Below, one piece after another: positions 48,486 through 62,345 of a stretch of 64,000 nucleotides of DNA; positions within the stretch are counted from its first letter, which is position 1; every line of letters begins with the position of its first letter. This DNA comes from Octopus sinensis. Its lineage: Eukaryota. The stretch is taken from assembly GCF_006345805.1 (NCBI RefSeq), contig NC_042999.1:125798001-125862000 (forward strand). The letters run 5' to 3'. The notes below the pieces were generated by a model, which saw only the letters and a program-made list of their open reading frames with translations, ran no database searches and was not told where the DNA came from. Position numbers and translations under genes: made by a program.

Positions 48486-49752
48486 AGCGGGGAAGCAAAA
48501 TTTAAAATATTTTGAAGCAGGGATTGAAAGACGGTGAATGACCAATTAGTTTATTGAAAGTCATGAAAATTTATTTGCCACAAGAAAATTTATATAATAG
48601 AAAATGTTTTTATTCTATGTGTCCTCCTTCTTTCTCAATAACTGCTTTCACACGCTTCCAGGAACTTGCGCAAGTGTTCTTCAAATATTCGGGAGACAAC
48701 TTCTCCCATTCTTCTTTAATAATATCTTTAATAGAGTCGACATTACTGTGTAATGTTCTATTCGTAGCATGTTCTAAAACGCCCCAAATAGCATAATCCA
48801 GAGGGTTTAGATCTGGGCTAGAAGGCGGCCATAAACATGATTCCAAAAAATTGCTAAAGTTGGATTTGCAGAAATCTTGTATTTTTCTAGATGTGCGGGC
48901 TGGAGCACCATCCTGTGTCCATATATAATTACCATCTGGGTAGTTTGCTTTAAGCTATGGCAATACCTGGTATCTCAGAGTCTTGTAGTAAGTATTAACA
49001 TTGATCTTTTTATCAACTTTGTAGAATTTTATAGGCATTTTCTTTCCATCGGAAGCCACAACGCCAAAAGCCATAACTTGAACAGGATGTTTTGTTTTGA
49101 ATGCCCCCTAAACTTCAGCTGTCGATTTTGTGATAAATCTGTCATTTCTGCAGTTCAGAACAGCATTGACCGTGAAGATCTTTTTATCTGAAAAGATCGT
49201 TACAATGGAGGACTTTTTCTTGAACCATATAATAATTTTCTTGCACCTTTCCAATCTCTTTTCCTTCATAGCTGTTGTCAACAAGTGTTTTGGTGTTCTT
49301 GTGTAAGGTTTTAACCTCATATCATATTTTACTGCATTTCTAATGGTCTTGTTGTCCACCTCAAGTTCAATTGCCATTTTTCTCATGGATTTTGGATTTG
49401 AGAGCTTTGATAAAAGCTTTTGTACGTTTTTTGTTGATTCCTCCACTTCCAGACTTCCTCGTAATAGTTTTGCTTATAGTCATTCTATTTTTTACATTAT
49501 AAACAGTTTTTATGGACACTCCAACTATTCTTGAAATCTCCTTTGGTGTGACGAGTGCATTCAGCAAATAACACACTCTTTGACATTTGCTTTCCTGATT
49601 ACTCATATGGGCAAAAGTTTCTGAAAAGGTAAGGATAATAGTGTTAGGTATGATTACGACATCAATATATGCTAGGCTTCAAAACAATTCACTTAGTGCC
49701 TGCTGAGAAAAAACAACTTAACGTTCATTGTAAATTTTGCTTCCCAACCCTG
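48485..49752 (-). mobile_element. Full-length decayed maT (DD37D) Tc1/mariner transposon with TIRs
   Basis: TIRs (cagggtt)gggaagcaaaattta.aat at both ends, TA flanks. Transposase 49606 to 48610 with frameshifts and a stop: FSDKKIF, KHPVQVMAFGVVASDG, QDGAPARTS...WPPSSPDLNPLDY; 37 residues between the last two D. Confidence 0.92.
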
Positions 49753-50199
49753 TATATAAGGCAGTAAAATTGAAATAGGCTGTAACTCTGATAACCTGAG
49801 GAAATTACCCTTGGAAGTGACTTTCTTTACCCATGGATTATGGATATCATCTTGAAATCGACGTTTTTAGCATTCCTTACTATTTCTATTATGTTATTAT
49901 TTTATTTTATTATCTTATCTTACTTCCTCATCTGTTAGATTCCTAACATTATAGTCTCTCTGATGGAGCTTTTGGGCTCAGTCATTGTCCAACCCCTGTC
50001 CAATGTTTGTTCAACCTTTGTAAAGTCCCTGTATATTACTGGTATTACTTGGCAGATTGGGCAACCCCATAGTAGAAACAGCTGTAAGAGCTTAGTATGT
50101 TTCACTCATTTATTCTTATTCATATATTTATTTTTATTTATCCATTTATTTACTTATTTATTTGTTTATTTTATTTAATTTTTATTTAATTTTTTTTTG

Positions 50200-50320
50200 A
50201 CCGAGAGAATAAGTACTAGGCTTACAAAGAATAAGTCCTGGGGTCAATGTGTTCGACTAAAAGGTGGTGCTCCAGCATGGCCACAGTCAAATGACTGAAA
50301 TGAGTAAAAGAGTAAAAGAG
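50200..50320 (+). mobile_element. SINE family A 3' fragment
   Basis: gaataagtactaggcttacaaagaataagtcctggggtc...gactgaaatgagtaaaagag. Confidence 0.8.
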
Positions 50321-50611
50321 TATATGATTGTAATCAAATAATAAATAGATATAAATGAATGTCTACAGGCTAACGTTTGTCGATTGATTATCCTCTGCAT
50401 TTTCTTATTTGCCTTCCAAATTCTGGGTAAATTTCTGTTTGACCTCCACTTGTACCTACTATTCAATTGTAATAATGCCCTGCAATAGTAAGCACTTTGA
50501 TATAAATACGTAGGTATACATCCAGTAGTATACTGGATATTTATTATCCCTTAGATGGTTGTTTAACCTCTAACTCACACAGACAGACACACACACACAT
50601 ATATGTATATT

Positions 50612-50668
<57 letters not shown>

Positions 50669-50709
50669 TATACATACATACATACATACATACATATATT
50701 TATTCTTTA

Positions 50710-51110
50710 TTATTCTTTTACTTGTTTCAGTCCAGTCATTTGACTGCGGTCATGCTGGAGCACCGCCTTTAGTCGAACAAATCGACCCCAGGACTTATTC
50801 TTTGTGAGCCTAGTACTTATTCTATCGGTCTTTGTTACCAAACTGCTATGTTACGAGGACATAAACACACTAACATCGGTTGTCAAACGATGGTGGTGGG
50901 ACAAACATAGACACACAAATACGTACATACATACATGCATATATATATATAAATGTATATAGGAGGGTCTTCTTTCAGTTTCCGTCTACCAAATCCACTC
51001 ACAAGGCTTTGGTCTGCTCAAGGTTATAGAAGACACTTTCCCAAGGTGCCACGCAGTGGGACTGAACCCGGAACCGTGTGACTGGGAAGTAATCTTACCT
51101 CACAGCGGGA
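50710..51110 (-). mobile_element. tRNA-derived SINE family A
   Basis: Reverse complement of the family A body and head. Confidence 0.85.
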
Positions 51111-51879
51111 GAGCGAGAGAGACAGAAAGAGAGAGAAAGAGAAGGAGAGAGAGAGGGGGAGTTGCATGCATACATACGTACAAACATATGCATATATGTA
51201 ATATATACGTGTTACACAAGTACACACACACACACAACACACACACTACATGCACGCTTTCATTGCAATAGAATGAATCTGCTAATTAAAATCACTTGTG
51301 ACCTTTGATCCTTTAAGGTTCATGACTGACCTCCGACCTTCTATCAAGTTGAGTTTATACAAAAGAAATATATGAAATAAAATAAATAACATTTCATATA
51401 TGCTGACTTGTTTTTTTCATACTAATTGTGTCCCACTCTCTCTCATCCCATTCCCCCTCCTCCTCCTCTCTCTCCCCTCTTCTTGCCCAGCTTTCTCATC
51501 TGTTCCCCTTGTTTTTCATATAGCTAATTTCTGTTTTTTTTCTCTTTTTTGTTATGCACAGTAACGTAGTATCTGATAGGAATTCCTCACTCCCGCCACT
51601 TACGTTGAGAGTTCATTTAGCTCCTGACCCCAGGGATTTTTCAGATTTTGAATTTTCTCATTACTTTCCGAATCTCTTCTAAACCAATTAAAATATTTAA
51701 CTCATCACTTTTCTTCTCCTTCTCCTTCTTCTTCTCTATTCCTCCATTCTTCCTTTATTTTCATAAATTACAAGACAATTTCAATTATAATTTCTTCGGA
51801 ATATGAACAAAAACTTATAAAGTATGTGTAATGAATAAATATTCTTAATTCTTGTATGTGTGAGTGGGCGCGATGAAAT

Positions 51880-52330
51880 GTATGTATGTTGTATGTATGT
51901 ATGTATGTATGTATGTATGTATGTATGTATGTATGTATGTACGTGCGTATGTATGTATGTATGTATGTATGTATGTATGTATGTATGTATGTATGTATGA
52001 ATGTATGTATGTATATATGTATGTGTGTTTGTATAGATGGGTTCATGTATGTGTGTGTGTATGTGTATGTATGTATATGTGCGTATGTATGTATGCATGT
52101 ATGCGTGTATGCATGTATGTGTGTATAAATGTGTGTATGTATGTATGCATGTATGTGTGTATATTTGTATATGATTGTATGTATGTATGTATGTATGTAT
52201 GTATGTATGTGTGTATGTATGTAAGAGTGTATGTGTATGTATGTATTTATGTGTGTATGAATGTTTGTATGTATTTATCTATGTATGCATGTGTGTGTAT
52301 ATTTGTATGTATGTATGCAAGTATGTGTGA
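51880..52330. repeat. (TATG)n degenerate microsatellite
   Basis: Directly visible. Confidence 0.95.
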
Positions 52331-52484
52331 ATGAGAGAGAGAGGGGGCGAGAAAGAGAAAGATAGGAAGAAAGAGAGAGAGAGAAAGGGCTATAACGGAT
52401 GAGTTTAGAAAGGAAGAGCTGAGTGTGCCTGTATAAGTGAGCGTGCATATTTAATAGATTAACACGAAATAAAGACTTTTTCAG

Positions 52485-52485
52485 C

Positions 52486-52524
<39 letters not shown>

Positions 52525-52664
52525 TAATAATAATAATAATAATGACAATAATTATCATAATAATGTTAATAATAATAATAATAACAATTAATAATAATAA
52601 TAATGATAATAATGATTACAATATTAATAATAATAGTAATAATAATAATAATAATAATAACAAT

Positions 52665-52707
<43 letters not shown>

Positions 52708-52751
52708 TAATAATAATAATGATGATGATGATGATGATAATAATAATAATA

Positions 52752-52808
<57 letters not shown>
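52485..52808. repeat. (AAT)n microsatellite, ~320 bp
   Basis: Directly visible. Confidence 0.95.
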
Positions 52809-52809
<1 letters not shown>

Positions 52810-54669
52810 TTGCTAAACCATTAATTTATTGAACCATGATGTCCTTTTAGAAAATTAAGTAAAGCTTGCATTTAAATTAAAATGCACATATTGCTCGAAT
52901 AATACACATTAAGAGTGAGCCAGCAGCAAACAAATATGGCCGGACTCACCAATTATTTCAACCGATTAAACGGAAAACTACGATAGTTCACAATCATTTA
53001 TATTTGTTTAAATTATGGGTCTATTTGTGTATTCTCAGGTCAAGATTTTTCTGTCCGCGTGATAGTGATAAATGAAATACACACACACACACATATAGAT
53101 AGATAGATTGATAGATACACACACACATACACATGCAACTAACGTACGTGCGAGTGTGTAGTGGGTAGATATGAGATTTTTAAATAAAACAGAATACTTT
53201 TATTTATTTATTTATTTATTTATTCATTCATTCATTCATTCATTCATTCATTCATTCATTCATTCATTCGTTCATTTATTCATTGTCGCATGAAGGAAAT
53301 CTGCTTCGCTTTCATTAAATTAAATTCCACAAATTCAAAGAGACAGTTGGATTTTGAACAGAGGTGAGAAATGAGCGGTCAGCGGTCAGTATCTTGTCTG
53401 TAATTAAACTTTTTACTTGTCCAAAATCGCAGATCACTGATTTGAATTTAGCATTAACGACTTAAACCAGATAGTTTACCGTCTTTAATTTGGAAATAAA
53501 TAATGAATGAACGGGGGTAGCAGAATGTTTTTGTCATCAACCATATTCTCCCACATCTTTGCGAAATAATGACTTATGAAAAGAAACCTCACTGAGCCTT
53601 TTGTGAAATTACGTCCTTTGGTCATGAATCCAATTCTTTGTAATCACGGCTGAAAAAGAACTGTTTTTAAATGTAAGTTTTATTGTTTTGCCTTTGGGAT
53701 TGGTGTTACATCACTCCGTAAGTTTATCAGTAAAGGAAAAACGAAAAAAAGTTAATGAACAGTAAATGAGTTAGGCTGCGCCTTTATTTAGAAGGACAAG
53801 CGAAAGTCTATAGAAAGAGTCAACTAGAAGCCTTTCGCACGCTCACACAAATATGGACAGACGCGCACACATATAGACACATTCATTTGCACATAAAAGC
53901 GCATATGCACGTATATACACCGGCGCATGCAAAGGCGCGCGCACATGCATATATGAGCGCACATGATACATGAAACGCTGAAGCCCTCTGTCTTTTTCTT
54001 TTTTTTCTACCCTCTCTAACTCTTTCTCAAAATTTCCGTCTTCATATTGCTTTTTCTTTTTCGTTTTGATTATCAAGAATTAGTCGACCGTTTTCTAAAA
54101 ATTATAAGCTCGTTTAGTTGGGACAAAGAACGTAATGGAATGATGGCCAATGAAGAGATGGCGATGGCAAGTGAAAAATTAAGTTTCAGAACATTACTTA
54201 CGGTCAGCAAGCTTTAGCTATACTAGTTTTATAGAATTCTTGGCATAGCATAGAATCATTTCCCCCCTTTCCTCTTGGTTTTTTGCTGACCCACACAGCA
54301 TGGGGTCTACTATAACTGGAGCCACCGAATGTCTTCTTCCATTTCGAATACAAGAAGTAGAGATTTCATCTGCATAGATTTTTTTTTCATTACCATAATT
54401 CAACCAGTCAATATTTGGAAATAATAATCGTGGAATCGAGTTGATGGCGACGAAGTTAACAAATTGATTTAGTTTTATATATGTTTTTCACTTCGTTTTT
54501 GTGTTCGGTTTGCAAGATATGTTTTTCAGTTTGGTTGAAATACAATTAGTTTTGTTAAGTTTGCACATTAATTAAAACACGCGATTTACTAATTAATTTT
54601 ACTTGCGTCATATGACCCTCAGTCACTGCCAACCATTTCCTTTCAAAAACTTCTGCTTCCCATAAGTAA

Positions 54670-54830
54670 CTAGAAGAATACCCGGCGTTGCCCGAGAAAT
54701 AAAGATTGCAGTTTGTAGCCAATTTGGTGAATGAGAAAAATCTTAATTTCAAAAATGTATAATTTCGGGCAAAATGTGTATAATACCTCAAAATATTGCT
54801 CGCGTTTTAATAATTCCCTGCAATTTTAGA
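54670..54830 (-). mobile_element. Helitron-like 3' end fragment
   Basis: Minus strand ctcgggcaacgccgggtattcttCTAG^T: same GC-rich subterminal motif plus CTAG as 7645-7672. Confidence 0.65.
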
Positions 54831-54990
54831 GGAAGAGGGTTTATCAATTATATTGACCCGAGTGCTCAAGTGGTTCTTATTTTATCAGTCCCGAAAAGAT
54901 GAGGATATATATAGTCGATATCGGGGGCATCTGAGCTCAGAAGTAAAATAAAATAAAGTAAAATAATGTTACTCCAGACATGAAAAGTCT

Positions 54991-55024
<34 letters not shown>

Positions 55025-55025
55025 C

Positions 55026-55092
<67 letters not shown>

Positions 55093-55393
55093 AATATTAA
55101 AATTACTAAGTCTCTCTAAAGGAGATACGGCAGCGTTACTAGGTATTAATAGTTATCGCCATACTAATATGGCAGTCTATAAATAAGACTAAAGCTGTCG
55201 CTGATTAGCTCCAAGAGGCCATCGCCTCTAGCTAGCTATTTGACACACGAACCTGCGTCCATTACAACCTTCGAACAATATATATATATGTGTGTGTGTG
55301 TGTGTATTGTATGTATCTATGTGTGTATACGCACACACACACACACACACCACACACACACATACACACACACACACACACATATATATATAC

Positions 55394-55480
<87 letters not shown>

Positions 55481-56210
55481 CTCCTTCCTTCGAACGGGAA
55501 GGAAGAGCTATTTTCATCATCCTTGTGGCTATGGCGAAAGAATGTATCTGGTGGACGCGTCTGAAAGGATTGGAGACAAACACTTTCCTCTCTGGTCAAT
55601 CTCTCATCAACTTCTTCAAGTACCTCTTGAAAAGGAAAGTGAGAGTAGAGAGGCAAGTTTTGTCTAGCGAATGTTTAAAAAAAAGATGGGTGAATGTAGC
55701 AAGGATGGCACGTATGAATGACGAAGCCACCTTGAGCATAATCCTATGAACCCAGAAATTGAAAACAGAGGGTTACCCACTTGCAAACAAATGTGGTAAA
55801 TATAACAATATTGACCAAGGTTACCGTGGTCTTTTTCGTAGGCTTTTCTTCCTACGGATAAACCTTACTTGCTTTCCCCTTTACACCATATATCATAACA
55901 CTGTGATACACGATCCCTATTGATCGTTTTTTTCCTCTTCCCCCTTTTTTCCCCTTTTTTCTTCTTTTTTCATTTCTCTTTTCTTTTGTTCCTTTTCCTT
56001 TTCTTTTTTCTTTTCTTTTCTTTTTTTCTTTTTTATTTTCTTTTTTCTTTTTTTGTTCTTTTCTTCCCTTTTGCGATCCCTCTTGATCGAAAACCTACGC
56101 CACCCCTTTTTTTTCTTTTGTTTTTTGTTTTTTTCATCCCCCAAAAGAAAAGCTCTACCTTGTAACTTGTCCCATCTGTGTGCAGCCCTGTGTGGCCAAT
56201 AAAGAAACTT
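55481..56210 (+). mobile_element. 5'-truncated Tx1/L1-clade-like LINE 3' end inserted in (TCTA)n
   Basis: Open frame SPSFEREGRAIFIILVAMAKECIWWTRLKG...KRKVRVERQVLSSECLKKRWVNV...* (stop at 55749) resembles a Tx1 ORF2 C-terminus. T-rich 3' UTR, AATAAA at 56198-56203, (TCTA)n on both sides. Confidence 0.6.
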
Positions 56211-56431
<221 letters not shown>

Positions 56432-56739
56432 GGTTAGCCTATTCTATTATCTATATATTGACAACTGTGTTCCTAACTTCCTTTGTAAAACGTATGTAAC
56501 GGTATGTCCTGGATGCGCAGTTTCCCCAACTGTATTAATAACTGTATTCCTAAATATTTTTCGTAAAATGTGTGTAACTTTATAACCTAGGTATGGAGTT
56601 TTTTCAACTATCACTTTATTAATAACTGTGCTCCTATGTTTCTTTGTAAAAGATGTATAACTGCATATCCTAGATATAGGTGTTACCGACTATATGACAT
56701 CGAGTGCTTCTTACATTATTTTAAAATAAATAATAATTT

Positions 56740-57180
56740 TACTAACGAAACGCAGTTTGGTGTATTAAGGTGGACTGATCGTAGAACACGACAGCGAGAA
56801 GTCAATCGAGAGCGGCAGAGAAGATATAAGGAAAAAAAGTCGGGCAAGGGCAAAGAGAAAGAATAAGAATTAGAAACAAAGGGAGGAGAGTCGGGAACAA
56901 CGAGAAACATTAACTCAGGAGGAAAAGAATGAAATTAATGCAAGGAATGGAGCGAGAAGATGTCATATGACGAACGACGAAGCTGAAGCTAATAGGGGAA
57001 GAACGAGAATTGTTAATAAAGAAAGAAGGCAAAATATGAAAGATGATGATATACAAGTACATTTTGTGCAAGCCAGAATGAGAAAACAGACAAGAAGAGA
57101 AAACATCACTGAAGGCAGACAAGGTTTCATAGAAATTAATCAAAGGTTTAAGAGTGAAGATATTGCTACAGAGTAGGGAG
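56740..57180 (+). pseudogene. Possible Helitron RepHel N-terminal (R/E-rich repeat) relic
   Basis: REVNRERQRRYKEKK and NKERRQNMKDDDIQVHFVQARMRKQTRRENITEG resemble the charged repeats at the start of animal Helitron proteins; broken by stops and frameshifts. Confidence 0.4.
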
Positions 57181-58954
57181 ATATTTATAGCTGATACTGT
57201 ACCACAAAATAATATAATATAATATAATAATAATATAAAAATGGAAAAGGTGCTGCTGGTTATGTTACTGTGAAACGATGAGTGTGAGAACTGGTAAAAA
57301 TTGAAAAAAAGGATTAACTTTTTTTTTTATAAGAATCGTAAAGAAATTTTGCACTTCAAATTCATATTACGTAACCCCCGCCAATATATATCAAATTAAT
57401 GCATTTGTAACTTATTCATCCGAAAAGCAAAGTGGACCTTGGCGGAATTTGAATTCAGATCTTAAGAACGGACGAAATGTCGCTAAGCATTTTGTCCAGC
57501 CTGCTAACAATTCTGTCAGCTCGCCGCCTTAAGTAAGCCATAAATATTAAAAGAGAGAGAGAGAGGGTGATGGATTTTAATATTTTCCATCGCTGATGCC
57601 AGTTGATGGCAGAATTCGTGGAGCGACGGACGAAAATATTTTGTGGTAATTAGCCGAGGTCAAATTTGTTTTTCGTTCTTTTGTGGTTTTCAAAATAAGC
57701 ACTAGCCAAAGATATAATCGCCCACACCCTCCTACAAAATTCGATGCCTTGCACCTATGTTAGTAATGAATGTTTTTCTGTGTTGAGACCAATGAATGCA
57801 GAAAGTATCAACTGAGCAGAGGATAAATCACAAATGTGTAACAACAGTTACTCGTTTTTGATCGTTTAGTCACAGGAGAACAGTGCTCATAATCCCTGCC
57901 AGGGCTTCTAAAGCTGGTGAGAAAAAACGTAAGTTATCCTCAGATCAGAGACATGGTCAAAGCAGTTGCAGTAGAGTCAGTGACATAACTAACAAGGGAG
58001 CAAGAGGGGCGACTGCTCCTAACTAGCACATTTTTCAAAATTGGCGCCTTTTCAACAATTTGTTTTTAATTTGTGCGATAAAAGTCGAATCTCTTTTTCT
58101 TTTTTGCGATAAAAGTCGAATCTCTTTTTCTTTTTTTTTTTATCGCATAGCCTTAGAAGAACTTTCTGGAGTCATTATTTTATTTGGCCAACTTCCCGTG
58201 TTTTTGAGCTGCCTTCTCAATCTCCTGTAATGTGTTGGTGTACAAACCCTGACGTCATAACCTCTCGACATGGACGATCCTGTGGAGTTTCATCTTTGCC
58301 ATATCACACCTATATCAAGTAGTTCATACATAATCGTATTGTTACTGAAGCATGGAATTGATGAATGTAGAATACAATTACGTATGTTTTAACTAATGAA
58401 ATACTTCCCATAGTATAAGAAAAACGAGTTAAAAATTGTTTGGTGTGTCACTGCGCCCTTTTTATGTGTACGCTCCCCCTACATGTCAGATTCTTTACAC
58501 ATCACATCGGATAAACGTAATGATCTTTTCTATGAGTTCTGCTATGAAGAAAGAACTGTTTTGGAGAACAAGGAATAATAAATCCTTGACTGAAAATGAT
58601 AAACGGAGTCTAAAGGTCTACGAGACACTCCTGGACTAATGTCACGGAGGAAATCCATGGACGCTACAGAGTCTCATTATTTCTCATATGGGTTTACGTT
58701 ATTCCACACGCGTAAAAAAAAAATGACTGTAGGAAACTGATAATCGGCGAGTGTCATACGCGGGGGGGGGGTGCGCACGTGTGTGTGTACTTGGTTGTGT
58801 GTGAGTGTGTGACGTGTGCGAGGTGTGTATGTGTATGCGTGCGTGCGTGTGTATGTTCATGCGCTCGCTTGCGCGTGTGTATGTAGAGCAAAATGGATGT
58901 GTCAAACTAACTGATACACATACATTTCATTTGTATGAGATTAACTGCAGTCAC

Positions 58955-59205
<251 letters not shown>

Positions 59206-59554
59206 ATAATACATCGTTTTATGTTTGTGCACTTTCCTGTGACCTAGCATAAATTAACAAGCTTTTCTGTCTACGATAGAGACAGGTTGAAGTTTAAGCC
59301 AAGTTACCTGTCTCTTGCTCACTTGAGAAGAACACCAATCACTTGAACACGTTCAAATACCCTTCTAGCCACACTAACTCTAATCCCAATCTCCACATCA
59401 TATACACAACAAACAGGATATTTATTTGTTCTCCAAAGACGGCTAACACTTGTTGTATCGAGTTCAAATGGAGAATGTTTATATTTATATTGGCAAACGA
59501 AGGTCAATCAAGGTAACTTCATTAGACGCTAAGTTTTAAATAGCTGGCATGATC

Positions 59555-59775
59555 GTTAGATTGTCGGAAGAAATGCTTTGCAATATTTCCTCTGGCTTTA
59601 TGCATTCTAAGTTCAAGTACCGCCGAGGTCAATTGTACCTTTCCTCCTCCAAGGTCGATAAAAAATGTACCAGTCAAGTACTAGGGGTTAGTAGTATCGA
59701 CTTATCCCCACTTCTCAAAATTGCTTCCCATCGTCATCAGCAGTTTTCATAGGAGAATAGGTATTATTGATATTT

Positions 59776-59829
<54 letters not shown>

Positions 59830-59971
59830 CAACTTTGCTTTTCATCCTTTCGGGGTCGATAAATTAAGTACCAGTTACGCACTGGAGTCGATGTAATCGA
59901 CTTAATACCTATGTCTGTCCTAGTTTGTCCCCTCTGTGTTTAGCCCCTTGTGGGTAATACAGAAATAAATA

Positions 59972-60017
<46 letters not shown>

Positions 60018-60760
60018 TAATAATAATAATAATAAATATTATTATTATTATTAAAGGCGTCGAGCAGGCAGAAACGTTAGCACGCCAAGCGAAATGCTTA
60101 GCGGTATTTCGTCTATCTTTATCTTCTGAGGTCAAATTCTGCCGAGGTCGACTTTGCCTTTCATCCTTTCGGGGTCGATAAATTAAGTACCATTTGTGTA
60201 TTGAGGTCGATCTAATCGACTGGCACCCTCCCTCAAAATTTCAGGCCTTGGTGCCTAGAGTAGAAAAGTTTCTTCTTCTTCTTCTTCATCATCATCATCA
60301 TCATCTTCTTCTTCTTCTTCTTCTTCTTCTTCTTCTTCTTCTTCTTCTTCTTCTTCTTCTTCTTCTTCTTCTTCTTCTTCTTCTTCTTCTTCTTCTTCTT
60401 CTTCTTCTTCTTCTTCTTCTTCTTCAAGTGGCGCGCTGGCAGAATCAGTAGCGTGTCGGACTGAATGCTCAGCGGCATCTCTTCTGTCTTTACGTCCCGA
60501 GTTCAAATTCCATCGAGGTCGACTTTGCTTTTCCTCCTTTTAGGGTCGATAAATTATGTACCTGTTGAGCACTGGGGTCGATGCAATCGACTAGCTACCT
60601 CCCTACAAATTTTAGACCTTGTGCCTATCATAGAAAGGATTATATTTATTATTAGAGTAGTGGTTGTCACTATTGCTAGAGCGTCGGACAAAATGCCTCG
60701 CAGTATTTTCTTGGGCTCTTTATTTTTTGAGTTCAAATTCTTCCGAAGTGCATTTTTCAT
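59555..60760 (+). mobile_element. Cluster of about 5 head-to-tail SINE family C copies (Nin/Deu-like domain) separated by microsatellites
   Basis: gaggtcgactttgcctttcatcctttcggggtcgataaattaagtacc motif at ~59620, 59830, 60145 and 60515; heads at ~59555, 60055, 60428 and 60675. Confidence 0.85.
60269..60425. repeat. (TTC)n-(ATC)n-(TTC)~40 triplet repeat
   Basis: Directly visible; sits between two SINE copies. Confidence 0.95.
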
Positions 60761-60799
60761 CGTTATTCTTTACTGTAACCATTTCATAGATTTCACCTC

Positions 60800-61250
60800 A
60801 CCAATGTCTATAACGCCAAGTTGTACTCGCCGATTCAACTATGGAGGGTTCTAGTAGTTCACCGTTGCTACTTTCATGTTGTCATGAAGAGATCGAATGA
60901 GAGGTTTTCCAGGTACCCCAGCTTGAGAAAGATGCTCATCAAAGAGTTGGCCTGTGTACAGTGTCAAAGGCCCGGGTAAGATCGATGAAACACTAATACA
61001 AAGTTGTTCTTTGCACTTCTCTTGAACTTGTCGAGCTGTAAAGATCATATCAGTTGCACTTCGATTCGGCTGAAAGTCACATTGTGACTCAGGATGAATG
61101 TCTGGTGAAACATGGCCTAGAAACTGATCGAAAAGTCTTTTGACAAAGATTTTGCCAACAATTGACAACAGGGGGATCCCACCATAGTTATCACAAAATG
61201 TCTTTGGGTCCTTTCTTAGTAAAGAAACGAGAACGGCACCTATCCACGTG
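60800..61250 (-). pseudogene. RTE-clade LINE reverse-transcriptase fragment
   Basis: RKDPKTFCDNYGGIPLLSIVGKIFVKRLF...HPESQCDFQPNRSATDMIFTARQVQEKCKEQ matches RTE motifs NYRGISLLS..GK and LPESQCGFR..R.T.DMIF..RQLQEKCREQ. Confidence 0.85.
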
Positions 61251-61287
61251 CACATATACAAGTGGGCACAGGCATGGATGACATTGC

Positions 61288-61289
<2 letters not shown>

Positions 61290-61318
<29 letters not shown>

Positions 61319-61945
61319 TGTGTATGTATGTATGTATGTATGCATGCATGCATGCATGCATGCATGCATGTATGCATGTATGTATGTATGTATGTATGTA
61401 TGTATGTATGTATGTATGTATGTATGTATGTATGTATGTATATTCTCTTCTCTTTTTAATTATTGAAATTCTTCTTGAGGAAGGAGCTGGTTTCTAACAA
61501 AGACAAAAAACTCCATCGTTGAAATGTAGATAACGAAAACAATATCACATGTATGTATGTATGTATGTATGTATGTATGTATGATGTATGTATGTATGTA
61601 TGTATGTATGTATGTATGTATGTATGTATGTATATACGTACGTACGTACGTACGTACGTACGTATGTATGTATGTATGTATGTATGTATGTATGTATGTA
61701 TGTATGTATGTATGTATGTATGTATGTATGTACGTACGTACGTATGTATGTATGTATGTTTAACCTCTCCCTGATACGTATGTATGTATGTATGTATGTA
61801 TGTATGTATGTATGTATGTATGTATGTAGTATGTATGTATGTATGTATGTATGTACGTACGTACGTAAGTACGTACGTACGTACGTACGTATGTATGTAT
61901 GTATGTATGTATGTATGTATGTATGTATGTATGTATGTATGAATG
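61290..61945. repeat. Two (TATG)n fields with (TACG)n/(TGCA)n palindromic patches
   Basis: Directly visible at 61290-61440 and 61550-61945. Confidence 0.95.
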
Positions 61946-61956
61946 TACGTCTCATT

Positions 61957-62345
61957 TATCAGGGAGAGGTTAAACAATCTGTGTCGAGAAGCCGGTGTTG
62001 GTTTAATTGTAAAAACGCATTTGGTTTCTCGTGGTTTCTCTAAACGTATAATGACATTGCGGTTGCAACTTAACTCGAAACAATTCATGAGAGTGGTTAG
62101 TGTTTATGCATCAAGTCTTGTTGAAGGAACTAAACAGCTTTTATGGTGTTTGAGAATAATTTTGAAAAGTGTTAATAAAAAGGACAAACTTATACTTCTT
62201 GGGGAACCTAAATGCCCACGTAGGACGTGTTTCTCAACTTGGAGTAGCATAAGAAATCACGGAATGGGGAAGTGCAAAGCAAATGGGCTACTCTTATTAT
62301 AGCTATGTCAAGAGTTAGACCTTGTGATAACTAATAATTGGCTCA
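61957..62345 (+). pseudogene. RTE-clade LINE apurinic-endonuclease fragment
   Basis: EAGVGLIVK...SKRIMTLRLQL...VVSVYA...KKDKLILLGE...HGMGKCKANGLLLL*LCQELDLVITN. Confidence 0.8.

Noticed and set aside
60800-62345. RT (minus) and endonuclease (plus) fragments as one twin-primed inverted LINE
   Set aside because: The endonuclease piece stops far upstream of where the RT piece starts and no TSD is visible; independent insertions are simpler.
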